Source: an uncultured Candidatus Saccharibacteria bacterium | GTDB taxonomy: Bacteria; Patescibacteriota; Doudnabacteria; UBA920 | NCBI GenBank assembly: GCA_964474825.1 | Contig: CAYYWQ010000001.1 | Coordinates: forward strand, 1,033,606 to 1,097,605 | Direction of reading: 5' to 3' | DNA length: 64,000 bases | Part shown: piece by piece, positions 19,168 to 28,511 of the stretch | How positions within the stretch are numbered: the first letter of the stretch is position 1 | Layout of the letters: each line of letters begins with the position of its first letter | Made by a program: the position numbers and the translations under genes | The notes under the pieces: generated by a model | The model's database searches: none | Seen by the model: only the letters and a program-made list of their open reading frames with translations | What the model was told of the DNA's origin: nothing

Positions 19168-21951
19168 ATGACATCTCCCAAAACTGCCCGCTATATGTTA
19201 ATAGACGGTAACGCGTTAATTCACCGCGGTTACCATGCTATTCCGGTTTTAAATACTAAAAGTGGTGAGCAAACCAACGCGGTTTATGGCTTTAGTTTAA
19301 TTTTGCTAAAAGCCATGGCCGACATTAAGCCCACGCATATTGCCTGCACGTTCGATTTAGCAGGCCCGACTTTTAGGCATGAGCAATACAAAGAATATAA
19401 AGGCACGCGTGTTAAGGCCGACCAGGAACTTTATAACCAAATTCCTCGGGTAAAAGAAGTGGTGCGAAGTTTAAATATTCCAATTTTTGAAAAGCAGGGT
19501 TTTGAGGCGGACGATTTACTCGGGACTTTGGCTTGCGGCATTCACAAAGGTTTTCCTGAAGCAGAAGTTTTAATTGTTACCGGGGATTTAGATACGCTGC
19601 AATTAGTGAATCATAAAATCAAGGTGTATACCATGCGGAAGGGTATTTCTGACGTGGTAATTTATGATGCTAAGGCAGTGCGGGAGCGTTACGGCCTTTT
19701 GCCTGAGCAAATGGTGGACTATAAAGCCCTCCGCGGCGACCCCAGTGACAACATTCCTGGCGTAAAAGGTATTGGAGAAAAAACTGCTGAGGAATTAATT
19801 AAAGAATTTAAATCTTTGGACGGTTTATATCAAGCGATTAGAGAAAAGAGAGTAGAGAATAGGATAAAGCCACGGATATTGAATTTACTTACTGAACAGG
19901 AGGAGCAGGCAAGGATGTCTTATAAATTATCCGTAATAGACTGCAACGTACCGGCAGACATAACTGTTCCGGCCTACGATTTTGACGCGCCGCATTTACA
20001 GCAAACAGTAAAGCTGTTTCAGGAACTGGAGTTTAGGAGTTTGATAAATAAGCTGCCGAAACAAGATTCAAGATTTAAGATTCAAGATTCAAGTCAGACC
20101 GACACAGAGCTATTAGCTTCTGAGGAAGACGTCGTTTCACAAAGTAAGATAGGGACACAAGATTATAAGTTAATAGATACAGAAGAAAAACTTGAGCAAA
20201 TTTTAAAAGTATTATCTTCCGCAAAAGAAATTTCTGTAGACACTGAGACAACAAGTTTAAATACTATAGACGCTAAATTGGTTGGTGTTGGTTTGGCTAT
20301 GGAGCCTGGGCAAGCCTATTATCTTCCGGCCAATATTGTGTTTAATTCCCCTGACTTAAAGCAAATTTTAGAAAATCCGGAAATAAAAAAAATCGGCCAC
20401 AACATAAAATACGACCTGCAGATCCTGAGCACTGAGCACTTAGCACTGAGCACTGTTTCTTTCGACACCATGATAGCCTCCTACCTTTTAAACGCGGGCA
20501 CTCGCCAGCACGGCTTGGACGCTTTGGCTTTTAACGAATTTGGTTACCAAATGCAGCCAATAGAAGATTTAATTGGCAAAGGTAAAACGCAGATTACCAT
20601 GGATAAGGTGGACCCGGAAAAAGTTTCCTGGTATTGCTGTGAAGACGTAGACATAACCTTGCGCCTTAAAGAATTGTTTGAGCCGCAACTGAAAAAAGAA
20701 GGTTTGGAAAAAGTTTTTTACGAAATAGAAATGCCTTTGCTGGAAGTTTTATCTGCCATGGAGATGGCGGGCATTAAAGTAGATGCTAAGTTTTTAAACA
20801 AACTTTCCTCGGAAGCGGAAATTGAAATTAAAGATCTAGAAAGAAGTATTTATAAGCTCACAGGCGAGGAGTTTAATATAAACTCGCCTAAGCAAATGAA
20901 GGAAGTGCTGTTCGACAAGCTAAAGTTGGAACCCATTGCTAACAAGAAGAATAAGAGTGGACTTAGTACTGCCGCGGGAGAGCTGGAAAAAATGTTGGGA
21001 CAGCACCCGGTTATTCCAAAAATTTTAGAATACCGGGAAATTTCCAAGCTGCAAAATACTTATTTGCTCGCTTTGCCTGAATTGGTTAACAAAAAAACTG
21101 GACGTATTCACACCAGTTATAGCCAAACTATTGCCGCAACAGGCAGGCTTTCTTCTATAGACCCAAATTTACAAAATATTCCTGTACGCGGTGAAGGCAT
21201 GGGCAGTAAAGTGCGCCAGGCTTTTGTAGCGGAAAAAGGTTATAAACTTTTAAGTTTGGACTATTCTCAAATTGAACTGCGCATTGTGGCACACTTAGCG
21301 CAGGACAAAACCATGCTGGAAGTTTTTAAGAATGACCAGGATATTCACAGTAAAACTGCAATGGAAATTTTTGGAGTGAGCGCAGACAAAATTACACCAG
21401 ACATGAGGCGCGACGCTAAAACTATTAATTTTGGAATTTTATACGGTTTATCATCTTTTGGACTTTCGGCCCGCATTGGTGAAGTTAATCGTGCCGAAGC
21501 CAAAGAATTTATTACCAAATATTTTGCGGCTTACCCAGGTGTGGCTGAATATATAGAGCAAATTAAACTTCAAGTTAACGAAGAAGGATTTGTAAAAAAT
21601 GAGCTTGGACGCATACGCAAATTTCCGGAAATAAAATCTTCTCAGTTCTTTATTCGAGCCGCAGCAGAAAGAGCAGCTGTTAATTTTCCAATTCAAAGTT
21701 TGGCAGCAGATGTAATTAAGGTGGCGATGATAAATATACACAAGCTAATCAGCGAATCAGCGAATCAGCCGATCCGCATGCTACTGCAGGTGCACGACGA
21801 ATTGGTGTTTGAGGTTCAAGAAGATAAAGTGGAAGAATGGGCAAAAAAGCTCATACCTTTAATGGAAAATGCAATTAAACTCTCTGTTCCCATTAAAGTA
21901 GAAGGTAAGGTCGGGGATAATTGGGGAGAAATGGAGAGGTTAAATGAGTAA
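19168..21951 (+). CDS. polA: DNA polymerase I
   Basis: LIDGNALIHR, FEADD, GDPSDNIPGV, DTET, DYSQIELR, AKTINFGILYG, QVHDELVFE. Confidence 0.99.
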   Translation: MTSPKTARYMLIDGNALIHRGYHAIPVLNTKSGEQTNAVYGFSLILLKAMADIKPTHIACTFDLAGPTFRHEQYKEYKGTRVKADQELYNQIPRVKEVVRSLNIPIFEKQGFEADDLLGTLACGIHKGFPEAEVLIVTGDLDTLQLVNHKIKVYTMRKGISDVVIYDAKAVRERYGLLPEQMVDYKALRGDPSDNIPGVKGIGEKTAEELIKEFKSLDGLYQAIREKRVENRIKPRILNLLTEQEEQARMSYKLSVIDCNVPADITVPAYDFDAPHLQQTVKLFQELEFRSLINKLPKQDSRFKIQDSSQTDTELLASEEDVVSQSKIGTQDYKLIDTEEKLEQILKVLSSAKEISVDTETTSLNTIDAKLVGVGLAMEPGQAYYLPANIVFNSPDLKQILENPEIKKIGHNIKYDLQILSTEHLALSTVSFDTMIASYLLNAGTRQHGLDALAFNEFGYQMQPIEDLIGKGKTQITMDKVDPEKVSWYCCEDVDITLRLKELFEPQLKKEGLEKVFYEIEMPLLEVLSAMEMAGIKVDAKFLNKLSSEAEIEIKDLERSIYKLTGEEFNINSPKQMKEVLFDKLKLEPIANKKNKSGLSTAAGELEKMLGQHPVIPKILEYREISKLQNTYLLALPELVNKKTGRIHTSYSQTIAATGRLSSIDPNLQNIPVRGEGMGSKVRQAFVAEKGYKLLSLDYSQIELRIVAHLAQDKTMLEVFKNDQDIHSKTAMEIFGVSADKITPDMRRDAKTINFGILYGLSSFGLSARIGEVNRAEAKEFITKYFAAYPGVAEYIEQIKLQVNEEGFVKNELGRIRKFPEIKSSQFFIRAAAERAAVNFPIQSLAADVIKVAMINIHKLISESANQPIRMLLQVHDELVFEVQEDKVEEWAKKLIPLMENAIKLSVPIKVEGKVGDNWGEMERLNE

Positions 21952-22657
21952 TGAGGGGCAAAATCTAGGCCGAGTTCCTTTTGAGCTTGGTGAAAAAATT
22001 GGTTCTGGTACGACTGCGGAAGTTTTTGAGTCCGTGAAGAATCCAAATTTGGTTGTCAAAAAATTTAAAATAATTTGGGCAGAAGGAGATGAGTCAGAAA
22101 ATTATTCTGAGGAGACTTTTAAAAGGATTTTTAAAAGAAATTTTGACCAAATGGCTGAAGCTTTTGGTGAGTATTTTCCAAAAGGACAGTTGGTGTTTGG
22201 AGAAGAGGAAAAAGGGCAGACTGTAGGTTACTTAATTCAGGAGAAGATATTTAAAGACCGCCCCTTGTTTTTTACCAAGGAAAAAAAACAGAAACTAGAG
22301 GCTTTGGATAGTGTTCTTAGTCATATTGTAGAAAATTTTAAAAGACTAAGTGCGGAAAAAGAGAAGGTGTCCGGAAAATTAGGCACACGGACTTGGAATT
22401 ATTTGCCAGAGATGTTGTCGCAAGATGAAAATAAGGAAACGCGGGTTACTATGCCGGACTTTATGGGTCCAGACGATATGGTATATGGTCACACTGCGGA
22501 CAATCCAAAACCACGATATCTTTTACACGACATTTATCGTTTCGTGGCAATAAACCAGGATAATTTGCTAAAGTTTGTTAAAAGTACAGTGGCTTTTAAA
22601 ATTTATGATTTTCCTAAAACCCGCGCTGCTTTGGAATCATTAAAAAGTATTGAATAA
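21944..22657 (+). CDS. Hypothetical protein with kinase-like N-lobe
   Basis: LGEKIGSGTTAEVF...LVVKK (Gly-loop plus Lys); no canonical HRD/DFG. Confidence 0.5.
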   Translation: MSNEGQNLGRVPFELGEKIGSGTTAEVFESVKNPNLVVKKFKIIWAEGDESENYSEETFKRIFKRNFDQMAEAFGEYFPKGQLVFGEEEKGQTVGYLIQEKIFKDRPLFFTKEKKQKLEALDSVLSHIVENFKRLSAEKEKVSGKLGTRTWNYLPEMLSQDENKETRVTMPDFMGPDDMVYGHTADNPKPRYLLHDIYRFVAINQDNLLKFVKSTVAFKIYDFPKTRAALESLKSIE

Positions 22658-22662
22658 AGTTT

Positions 22663-23265
22663 ATGGATTTAACTGAGTATCATCAAAAATATATTAACAT
22701 GCCCCAAGATTGGGTGGAGTTTGGTCTTAGGGCCAAAGATGCCCAATTAAAACAGGTCTTTGAGGAAATTAACTGGCAGCCAGCGGCCGACGCTGTAAAG
22801 ATTGCGGTTTTAGGCTGCGCGGACAAGCGCTTTGTTGCTGGCCATAAACAACTTTTTAAAAAGTTTCTAAAAAAAGAAGTAGAGGTTACAACTTTTGACA
22901 TTACAACCGAGCATCTTTCTGGCGCGGAAAATGTAGTTGAGCACGACTGCACCAAACCTTTTCCCGGCGCGTCGTTTGATTTAATTTTTTCTCACATTCT
23001 ACTTAAGTTTATGCCTGCAGATTCGCAATGGTTGGTTTTAGAAAACTCTTTTAACGCTTTAGCGCCAGGTGGTGTGGCATTACATTTTATGGACGTACAA
23101 GGCCAGACCGTGCCAACAAGCATGATAGCAGAAGGTTTTTTTCAAATTCCTTTGGCGGAATTTAAAAATCGTCTTACAGAAAAAGCAATTAAATTTCAAA
23201 GCTGTATAGTCAAGTCTAAGGCAGAACAAAATAGAGATTTGGAATGCCTGGCGTTGTTTAAATAG
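22663..23265 (+). CDS. Class I SAM-dependent methyltransferase-like protein
   Basis: KIAVLGC, VTTFD, HDCTKPFP..SFDLIFSH, LAPGG. Confidence 0.7.
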   Translation: MDLTEYHQKYINMPQDWVEFGLRAKDAQLKQVFEEINWQPAADAVKIAVLGCADKRFVAGHKQLFKKFLKKEVEVTTFDITTEHLSGAENVVEHDCTKPFPGASFDLIFSHILLKFMPADSQWLVLENSFNALAPGGVALHFMDVQGQTVPTSMIAEGFFQIPLAEFKNRLTEKAIKFQSCIVKSKAEQNRDLECLALFK

Positions 23266-23266
23266 T

Positions 23267-23914
23267 ATGCAAATATTAGAAATTTATAAAAAATATAAAA
23301 TAATGCCGCAATTGGCTGAGCATCAGTTTGCTGTTGCGGCAGTGGCTGATGTTATTTGCGAGAATTTTAAAATTGATATCGATCGTGAAAATATAATCAA
23401 AGCGTGTTTGCTACATGACATGGGGAATATTGCCAAGTTTACTTTTGACGAACCTAGTAAATATTTAATTCCAGAAAGTGAACAGGGTAGACTCGAATAT
23501 TGGCAACAGGTAAAAGACGAATTCATACAAAAATACGGCAGCGGCAGTCATAATGTAACCATGAAGATAGTGGGGGAGCTGGGGGTGAGCGCAAGAATTA
23601 TAGAATTAGTAGACTGCGTGGGGTTTGAGCAGGGCGTGGACAACGAGGCAACAAATGATTTTGGTAAAAAGATTTGCGCTTACAGCGACATGCGGGTGGG
23701 GCCGAAAGGAGTGTTCAGTTTGGAAGAAAGGCTGGCGGATTTAAGGGTGCGTTATAAAAACCACAGTGAGGGAACGCCGGAGAGGGATTCTTTTGAGCAA
23801 GCTCTGCGGCAAATAGAAAAACAAATTTTTGAACATTGCAGTATAAAGCCGGAAGACATCACCGCACATGCAGTAGGGGAAAGGAAAGAGGGGCTTAAGA
23901 GTTTTGAGATTTAA
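23267..23914 (+). CDS. HD-domain protein
   Basis: EHQ..VA, ACLLHDMG, ICAYSDMR. Confidence 0.8.
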   Translation: MQILEIYKKYKIMPQLAEHQFAVAAVADVICENFKIDIDRENIIKACLLHDMGNIAKFTFDEPSKYLIPESEQGRLEYWQQVKDEFIQKYGSGSHNVTMKIVGELGVSARIIELVDCVGFEQGVDNEATNDFGKKICAYSDMRVGPKGVFSLEERLADLRVRYKNHSEGTPERDSFEQALRQIEKQIFEHCSIKPEDITAHAVGERKEGLKSFEI

Positions 23915-24144
23915 ATAATTTTAAAGTGGATAAATAAGGCAGAAAATATATTTTTGCCTTATTTTATTGGGTTTGACTAACGGTGAACGATTGTATACTA
24001 TAATAATATAGCGAAAAGGGAATAGCGAAGAGGGAAGAGGAAAGCGCAAAGATTAAAGTATGTTCCAAAATGGAACATAGTGAAAAACCTCATAAACAAG
24101 CCAATGTGCAAAAAATGCATATTGGCTTAAACAAAAGGAGCTAT

Positions 24145-25155
24145 ATGCAAGAAGAAATAAAAAAAGGAGAAATTGTTATCTATAAAGCCCCAGAAGGCCC
24201 GGAATTACAGGTGCAGATGGATGGGGAGACAGTTTGGATGACTCAAGATCAGATTGCTAAGCTTTTTAGTACCCAAAGACCGGCAATCACAAAACATTTA
24301 AATAATATTTATAAATCCTCTGAGTTAAGCGAAAAAAGCACAAGTTCCATTTTGGAACATATGGGTGGCTTAGGGCAAAGATATAAGACCAAGTCTTACA
24401 ATCTTGATGCCATAATATCAGTGGGTTATAGGGTTAATTCTGCAAGAGCTACTCAATTTCGTATTTGGGCAACGCAGAGGTTGAAGGATTTTTTGCTTAA
24501 AGGTTATGCAATTAACCAGCACAGGCTGGACCAATTAAAGCAGGAACATAATAGCCAGGTAAAGGAACTGCAGTCTACGGTTAAGCTTTTTCAGAATGTA
24601 ATAGAGGCACAGAGGACTGAGGGGTATGAAAAGGAATTTTTGAATATTATTGTTGACTACGCTAACACGTGGACGGTCCTTCAGGAATACGACGAAGGCA
24701 AATTAGAAATTTCTAATGTTAGCAAAAAAACTTCTAAAGCTTTAGACCATAAAGAAATACAAAAATCCATTCAGCGGTTTAAAAAACGCTTAATGGACAA
24801 AAAACAGGCCAGCGGTTTGTTTGGCCAGGAAGTTGGCGGCAAGTTTGAAGCTGTGCTTGGCAGCATTTACCAAACTTACGGCGGTAAAGAATTGTATGCA
24901 AGCCTGGAAGAAAAGGCCGCGCACCTATTTTATTTTGGTATTAAGGACCACCCGTTCGTGGACGGTAACAAACGCATTGCCAGCTTACTATTTTTATTAT
25001 TTTTAATAGAAAATAACTATTTACTCAACAAAAAAGGCGAACGTAAGGTTAATGACACCGCGTTAGTTGCATTGGCTCTCCTTATTGCAGAGAGTAAGCC
25101 TCAGCAAAAAGATGTAATGGTAAAGTTGATAGTAAATCTTATAAACAAAAAATAG
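24145..25155 (+). CDS. RhuM-family domain fused to Fic/Doc domain
   Basis: SD AAGGAG before ATG24145; ETVWMTQDQIAKLF, YNLDAIISVGYRVNS..ATQFRIWAT; Fic motif HPFVDGNKR. Confidence 0.92.
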   Translation: MQEEIKKGEIVIYKAPEGPELQVQMDGETVWMTQDQIAKLFSTQRPAITKHLNNIYKSSELSEKSTSSILEHMGGLGQRYKTKSYNLDAIISVGYRVNSARATQFRIWATQRLKDFLLKGYAINQHRLDQLKQEHNSQVKELQSTVKLFQNVIEAQRTEGYEKEFLNIIVDYANTWTVLQEYDEGKLEISNVSKKTSKALDHKEIQKSIQRFKKRLMDKKQASGLFGQEVGGKFEAVLGSIYQTYGGKELYASLEEKAAHLFYFGIKDHPFVDGNKRIASLLFLLFLIENNYLLNKKGERKVNDTALVALALLIAESKPQQKDVMVKLIVNLINKK

Positions 25156-25236
25156 GGCTTGTTACTTGTCTTTAACTTTAACAAAGAGTAAATTAGTGGT
25201 ATTATATAAGGGACAAAAAATCTGTTGAAACAAAAA

Positions 25237-26940
25237 ATGTTCCTCTATAACTGGTACCAAAAATTTAAAGTAATTAAGCGTTTTAATTATATTTTGATAG
25301 TCCTGTTTCGGGCGGGGTTTTCGGCGTTCTTGTATAACGCGGGACTTAAGAAAAATATTCCAGTTGCTCAGAGGCTGGACAGGCACGGAAAAACCGTAGA
25401 TGAATCTATTTTGCCTGTAAAGCTTCGCCAAACTTTGGAAAAATTGGGTCCGGTATTTGTAAAGTTCGGGCAAATTTTAAGCACTCGCACGGACTTGTTG
25501 CCAAAGCCTTATATTGAAGAATTAACAAAGCTCCAGTCGCAAGTGCCGCCGTTTTCCTACAAAGAGGCGGAAAAAATTATCCAGAAGAATTTGGGCAAAC
25601 CGGCCGGGGAGATTTTTAAACATTTTGAAACAGTGCCTTTTGCTTCAGCCTCTTTGGGGCAAGTTTATAAAGCTGCTTTAACAACCGGGGAAACTGTGGC
25701 GGTTAAAGTCCAGCGGCCAAAAGCCAAGGAACAAATTAAGTTGGATATAGCGGTGCTTTTAATGCTGGCGCATTTTGTTGAAAAACATATACCCGGAGCA
25801 AAAGAACGCGGCATTGTAGGCGTGGTAAAAGAGTTCCAGCGCTGGACAGTGAATGAAATAGATTACCGCAAGGAAGCCACAAATTGCGAGGTTTTTGCCA
25901 ACTTTTTTAAGGACGACAAAAATGTTTACAGTCCAAAGGTGTATTGGGATTATTCCGGCGACAGTGTTTTGTGTTTAGAATACGTGGAAGGAATGTCCTT
26001 GGGAAATGTGGTAAAAGACCTGAATAATAAAAAGCTTAACAAAAAGCTAATTGCCCACCGCTTGGCTGACTCATTCATAAAGCAGTATTTTGATTACGGC
26101 TACTTCCACGCGGACCCGCACCCCGGAAATATTTTTGTGCTTCCGGGCAATAAGTTAATGTTTTTGGACTTTGGCATGGTGGGCCTTTTGGATAGCCAAC
26201 TTACTGCTTTGGCTTCCGGAGCTTTTTTGGCGCTGCTCCAGCGTGACGTGGAAAAAATTGTGGCAATACTTGTGCAAATTGAGCAGAACTATGACGAGCG
26301 CGCGCAGACTAAAGACGTAAGGGATTTGGTAAATGTTAATGGCCTGCGGAAAGAAATTACACAAATTGTACTTCAGTGGGCCAGCGTGGGCCAAGCGGGG
26401 CAGTTTACTAAATTGTTTTACCAAATAGTGGACGCGGCCATTCAAAACGGTATTGCCGTGCCTGTGGACTTAACTTTGTTTAGTAAATCCATAATGACAC
26501 TGGACGCCGTGGCTCATGACTTGGACCCGGGGCTAAAAATAGAAGAGTGGGAGAAGCCACTGGTTGAAAAAATTGTAATGGAGCGGTTTAAAGCGGAAAA
26601 AATAAAAGACCGTACTCAAGGCGCGGCGCTGGCCTTGGACGAGCTTCTTAAAAAATTGCCGGATTCCACGGCTACTATAGTTAACAATTTAGAACGCGGC
26701 AAGTTTGGTATGGAAATAAATACCGACCAACTTTTGGAATATGAAAAGCTTCTTAATGCCAATTCCCACTTTAGCACTTACGGGACATTTTTTGCGGCCA
26801 TACTTATTGCCGGCGCCTTAATTTACCAGAGCGGCACGCATCCGTTAGTTTGGGACATTGCCATACCTGGTTGGGGGCTTTATGTTGGCTTAGGGTTGAT
26901 TATATTATTTTTCTTCCGAGTCCGCAGCCGAAGCGTCTAG
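25237..26940 (+). CDS. UbiB/ABC1 (AarF) atypical kinase
   Basis: LGPVFVKFGQILSTR, PFASASLGQVYKA, VAVKVQRP, FHADPHPGN, LDFGMVG, two C-terminal TMs. Confidence 0.93.
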   Translation: MFLYNWYQKFKVIKRFNYILIVLFRAGFSAFLYNAGLKKNIPVAQRLDRHGKTVDESILPVKLRQTLEKLGPVFVKFGQILSTRTDLLPKPYIEELTKLQSQVPPFSYKEAEKIIQKNLGKPAGEIFKHFETVPFASASLGQVYKAALTTGETVAVKVQRPKAKEQIKLDIAVLLMLAHFVEKHIPGAKERGIVGVVKEFQRWTVNEIDYRKEATNCEVFANFFKDDKNVYSPKVYWDYSGDSVLCLEYVEGMSLGNVVKDLNNKKLNKKLIAHRLADSFIKQYFDYGYFHADPHPGNIFVLPGNKLMFLDFGMVGLLDSQLTALASGAFLALLQRDVEKIVAILVQIEQNYDERAQTKDVRDLVNVNGLRKEITQIVLQWASVGQAGQFTKLFYQIVDAAIQNGIAVPVDLTLFSKSIMTLDAVAHDLDPGLKIEEWEKPLVEKIVMERFKAEKIKDRTQGAALALDELLKKLPDSTATIVNNLERGKFGMEINTDQLLEYEKLLNANSHFSTYGTFFAAILIAGALIYQSGTHPLVWDIAIPGWGLYVGLGLIILFFFRVRSRSV

Positions 26941-26989
26941 ACAAAAAAATAATTAGGGTTATAATTAAGGCAATTAACCAACTATTACC

Positions 26990-27235
26990 ATGGACAAAAG
27001 AGTAGAAAAAGCGTTTCGTATCAGTGATGGGCTAGCTAGTCTGGCTCATAAAAAAGTTACGGGTCTTGTTAAGGAGCTGCAAGGCGAAGGGGTGTTAACT
27101 GCCGCTGAAGGCCAAAAAGTTTTAAAGGGTCTGGGCAAAGTTAAAAAAGCTTTGTACGACGACGTTAGTGGCGAACTCAAGAAAGCTTTGAATAAGAAAG
27201 CTCCTGCTAAAAGTAAAGCTAAGAAACGAAGATAG
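26990..27235 (+). CDS. Small phasin-like amphipathic protein
   Basis: GLASL..KKV..LVKELQGEGVLT..EG.KVL pattern; follows the ubiB-like gene. Confidence 0.6.
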   Translation: MDKRVEKAFRISDGLASLAHKKVTGLVKELQGEGVLTAAEGQKVLKGLGKVKKALYDDVSGELKKALNKKAPAKSKAKKRR

Positions 27236-27240
27236 AATAA

Positions 27241-27268
27241 AAAAACCACCCTTATCAGGGTGGTTTTT
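27241..27268. terminator. Bidirectional intrinsic terminator
   Basis: AAAAACCACCCT-TATC-AGGGTGGTTTTT. Confidence 0.85.
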
Positions 27269-27272
27269 AAAT

Positions 27273-27536
27273 TTACTTAAGCTTGGCCAAAGCTTTGGCC
27301 ATTCTGGATTTTAAGCGGGAAGATTTGCCTTTCTTAATCACGTTTTTCTTGGCGGCTTTGTCTAAGCTGGACATGGCTTTTTTCATGGCTTCCATTGCAT
27401 CGCTCTTTTTGCCGGCAACAATAAGTTTGCGGACTTCCTTTACGGCTTCTTTGAAAACATCTTTAGTCTTTAAATTCCGCACATGGCGGCGAATGCTTTG
27501 TCTCATGGCCTTAGCGGCCGACTTGGTATTAGGCAT
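27273..27536 (-). CDS. rpsT: 30S ribosomal protein S20
   Basis: MPNTKSAAKAMRQS...LDKAAKKNVIKKGKSSRLKSR. Confidence 0.97.
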   Translation of the reverse strand: MPNTKSAAKAMRQSIRRHVRNLKTKDVFKEAVKEVRKLIVAGKKSDAMEAMKKAMSSLDKAAKKNVIKKGKSSRLKSRMAKALAKLK

Positions 27537-27704
27537 AAATAGTATTTAGTAGATAGTAATTAGTAGTTAGATTGTTGCGACACGCTTGTCCCGTAAAGTT
27601 TGCAGCAACTTTTACTGGGATAAAAAGAGTTTAGCAGAAAATAATAAAATAATCAAGGGTGGGTGGGAGGCGAAACGTTAGACGTCCGCCTCCACCGAAG
27701 CGAT

Positions 27705-28382
27705 CTACCACTCGAGCGAGACGCCGAACTTGGCGCCGAACTTGGAAGGGCTGTGCTCCTCTTCCTTGTGCTCGAAGGGCGATCTATAAACACTGTGAGT
27801 GACACCGGCCGTGAGCCGGTACTTTAACCTGTTGTGGAAATGGGCTTCCCAACGGACCGCGCCGACGGCCTCCGCCTCCCATTTTTCGTTGATTCCGAGG
27901 TAGCCGCCTTCAGCTACGGCAAAGAAGTTGTGGTACAGGTGCCGTGCGTATTCGGCTCCAGGATTGCCGATCTTTATAGAGCTTGATCGGAATTGGAGAT
28001 GGCGGTAGTTACCGGTCAGTTCGTGGAGTGGATGGTGGCTTTTGTCGAAGAATTCCACGTAGGCACCCGCTTCCACCATGGCGCCAACCAGTCCTTTCTC
28101 TGAGAACAAGGGACCTGCATTGGCCCGAATTCTCCATTCCCGGTCTTCTTTCCCTTCAGGGTTCTTCCAGGAATAACCTAGAGTTGCTGCCCCAAACTGC
28201 TGGGGATGGCCCTCGTCGGCTAAGCGGAGCCAGGTGGCTCCGACGGAAACGTTTCCAGTTAGCTTTTGGTGTGTGCTAACCAGTTGCGTTCCGCTCTGGT
28301 AGATGGCGTTGATCTGGTAATCCTCGGCAAACATCTCCGAAGACAAAATAAAAACTGCTACAGTCAGCAGTGTTAGTCTCAC
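27705..28382 (-). CDS. Exported protein resembling an outer-membrane beta-barrel
   Basis: SD AAGGAG, GTG start, signal peptide, alternating amphipathic strands, C-terminus FGAKFGVSLEW. Confidence 0.6.
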   Translation of the reverse strand: MRLTLLTVAVFILSSEMFAEDYQINAIYQSGTQLVSTHQKLTGNVSVGATWLRLADEGHPQQFGAATLGYSWKNPEGKEDREWRIRANAGPLFSEKGLVGAMVEAGAYVEFFDKSHHPLHELTGNYRHLQFRSSSIKIGNPGAEYARHLYHNFFAVAEGGYLGINEKWEAEAVGAVRWEAHFHNRLKYRLTAGVTHSVYRSPFEHKEEEHSPSKFGAKFGVSLEW

Positions 28383-28447
28383 TCGCGTCTCTCCTTAGAG
28401 TTTTTTCGGTATCGTATAATACCACCAAAATATTAAATAAAATACGC

Positions 28448-28481
28448 ACTTGTGTCAAGACATAGGGGGGTTGACACAAGT
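28448..28481. promoter_or_regulatory. 11-bp perfect inverted repeat overlapping the -35 of the minus-strand promoter (operator-like)
   Basis: ACTTGTGTCAA-12 nt-TTGACACAAGT; minus strand TTGACA-17-TAATAT. Confidence 0.5.
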
Positions 28482-28484
28482 AGA

Positions 28485-28508
28485 AAAAAGCCCTCAATGA
28501 GGGCTTTT
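28485..28508 (-). terminator. Intrinsic terminator
   Basis: AAAAAGCCCTCA-A-TGAGGGCTTTT. Confidence 0.7.
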
Positions 28509-28511
28509 AAG

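Noticed and set aside
24070-24144. ORF-track start 24070 for the RhuM-Fic gene
   Set aside because: SD AAGGAG and family N-terminus favour ATG24145; the upstream part is treated as palindromic sites, although it is in frame.
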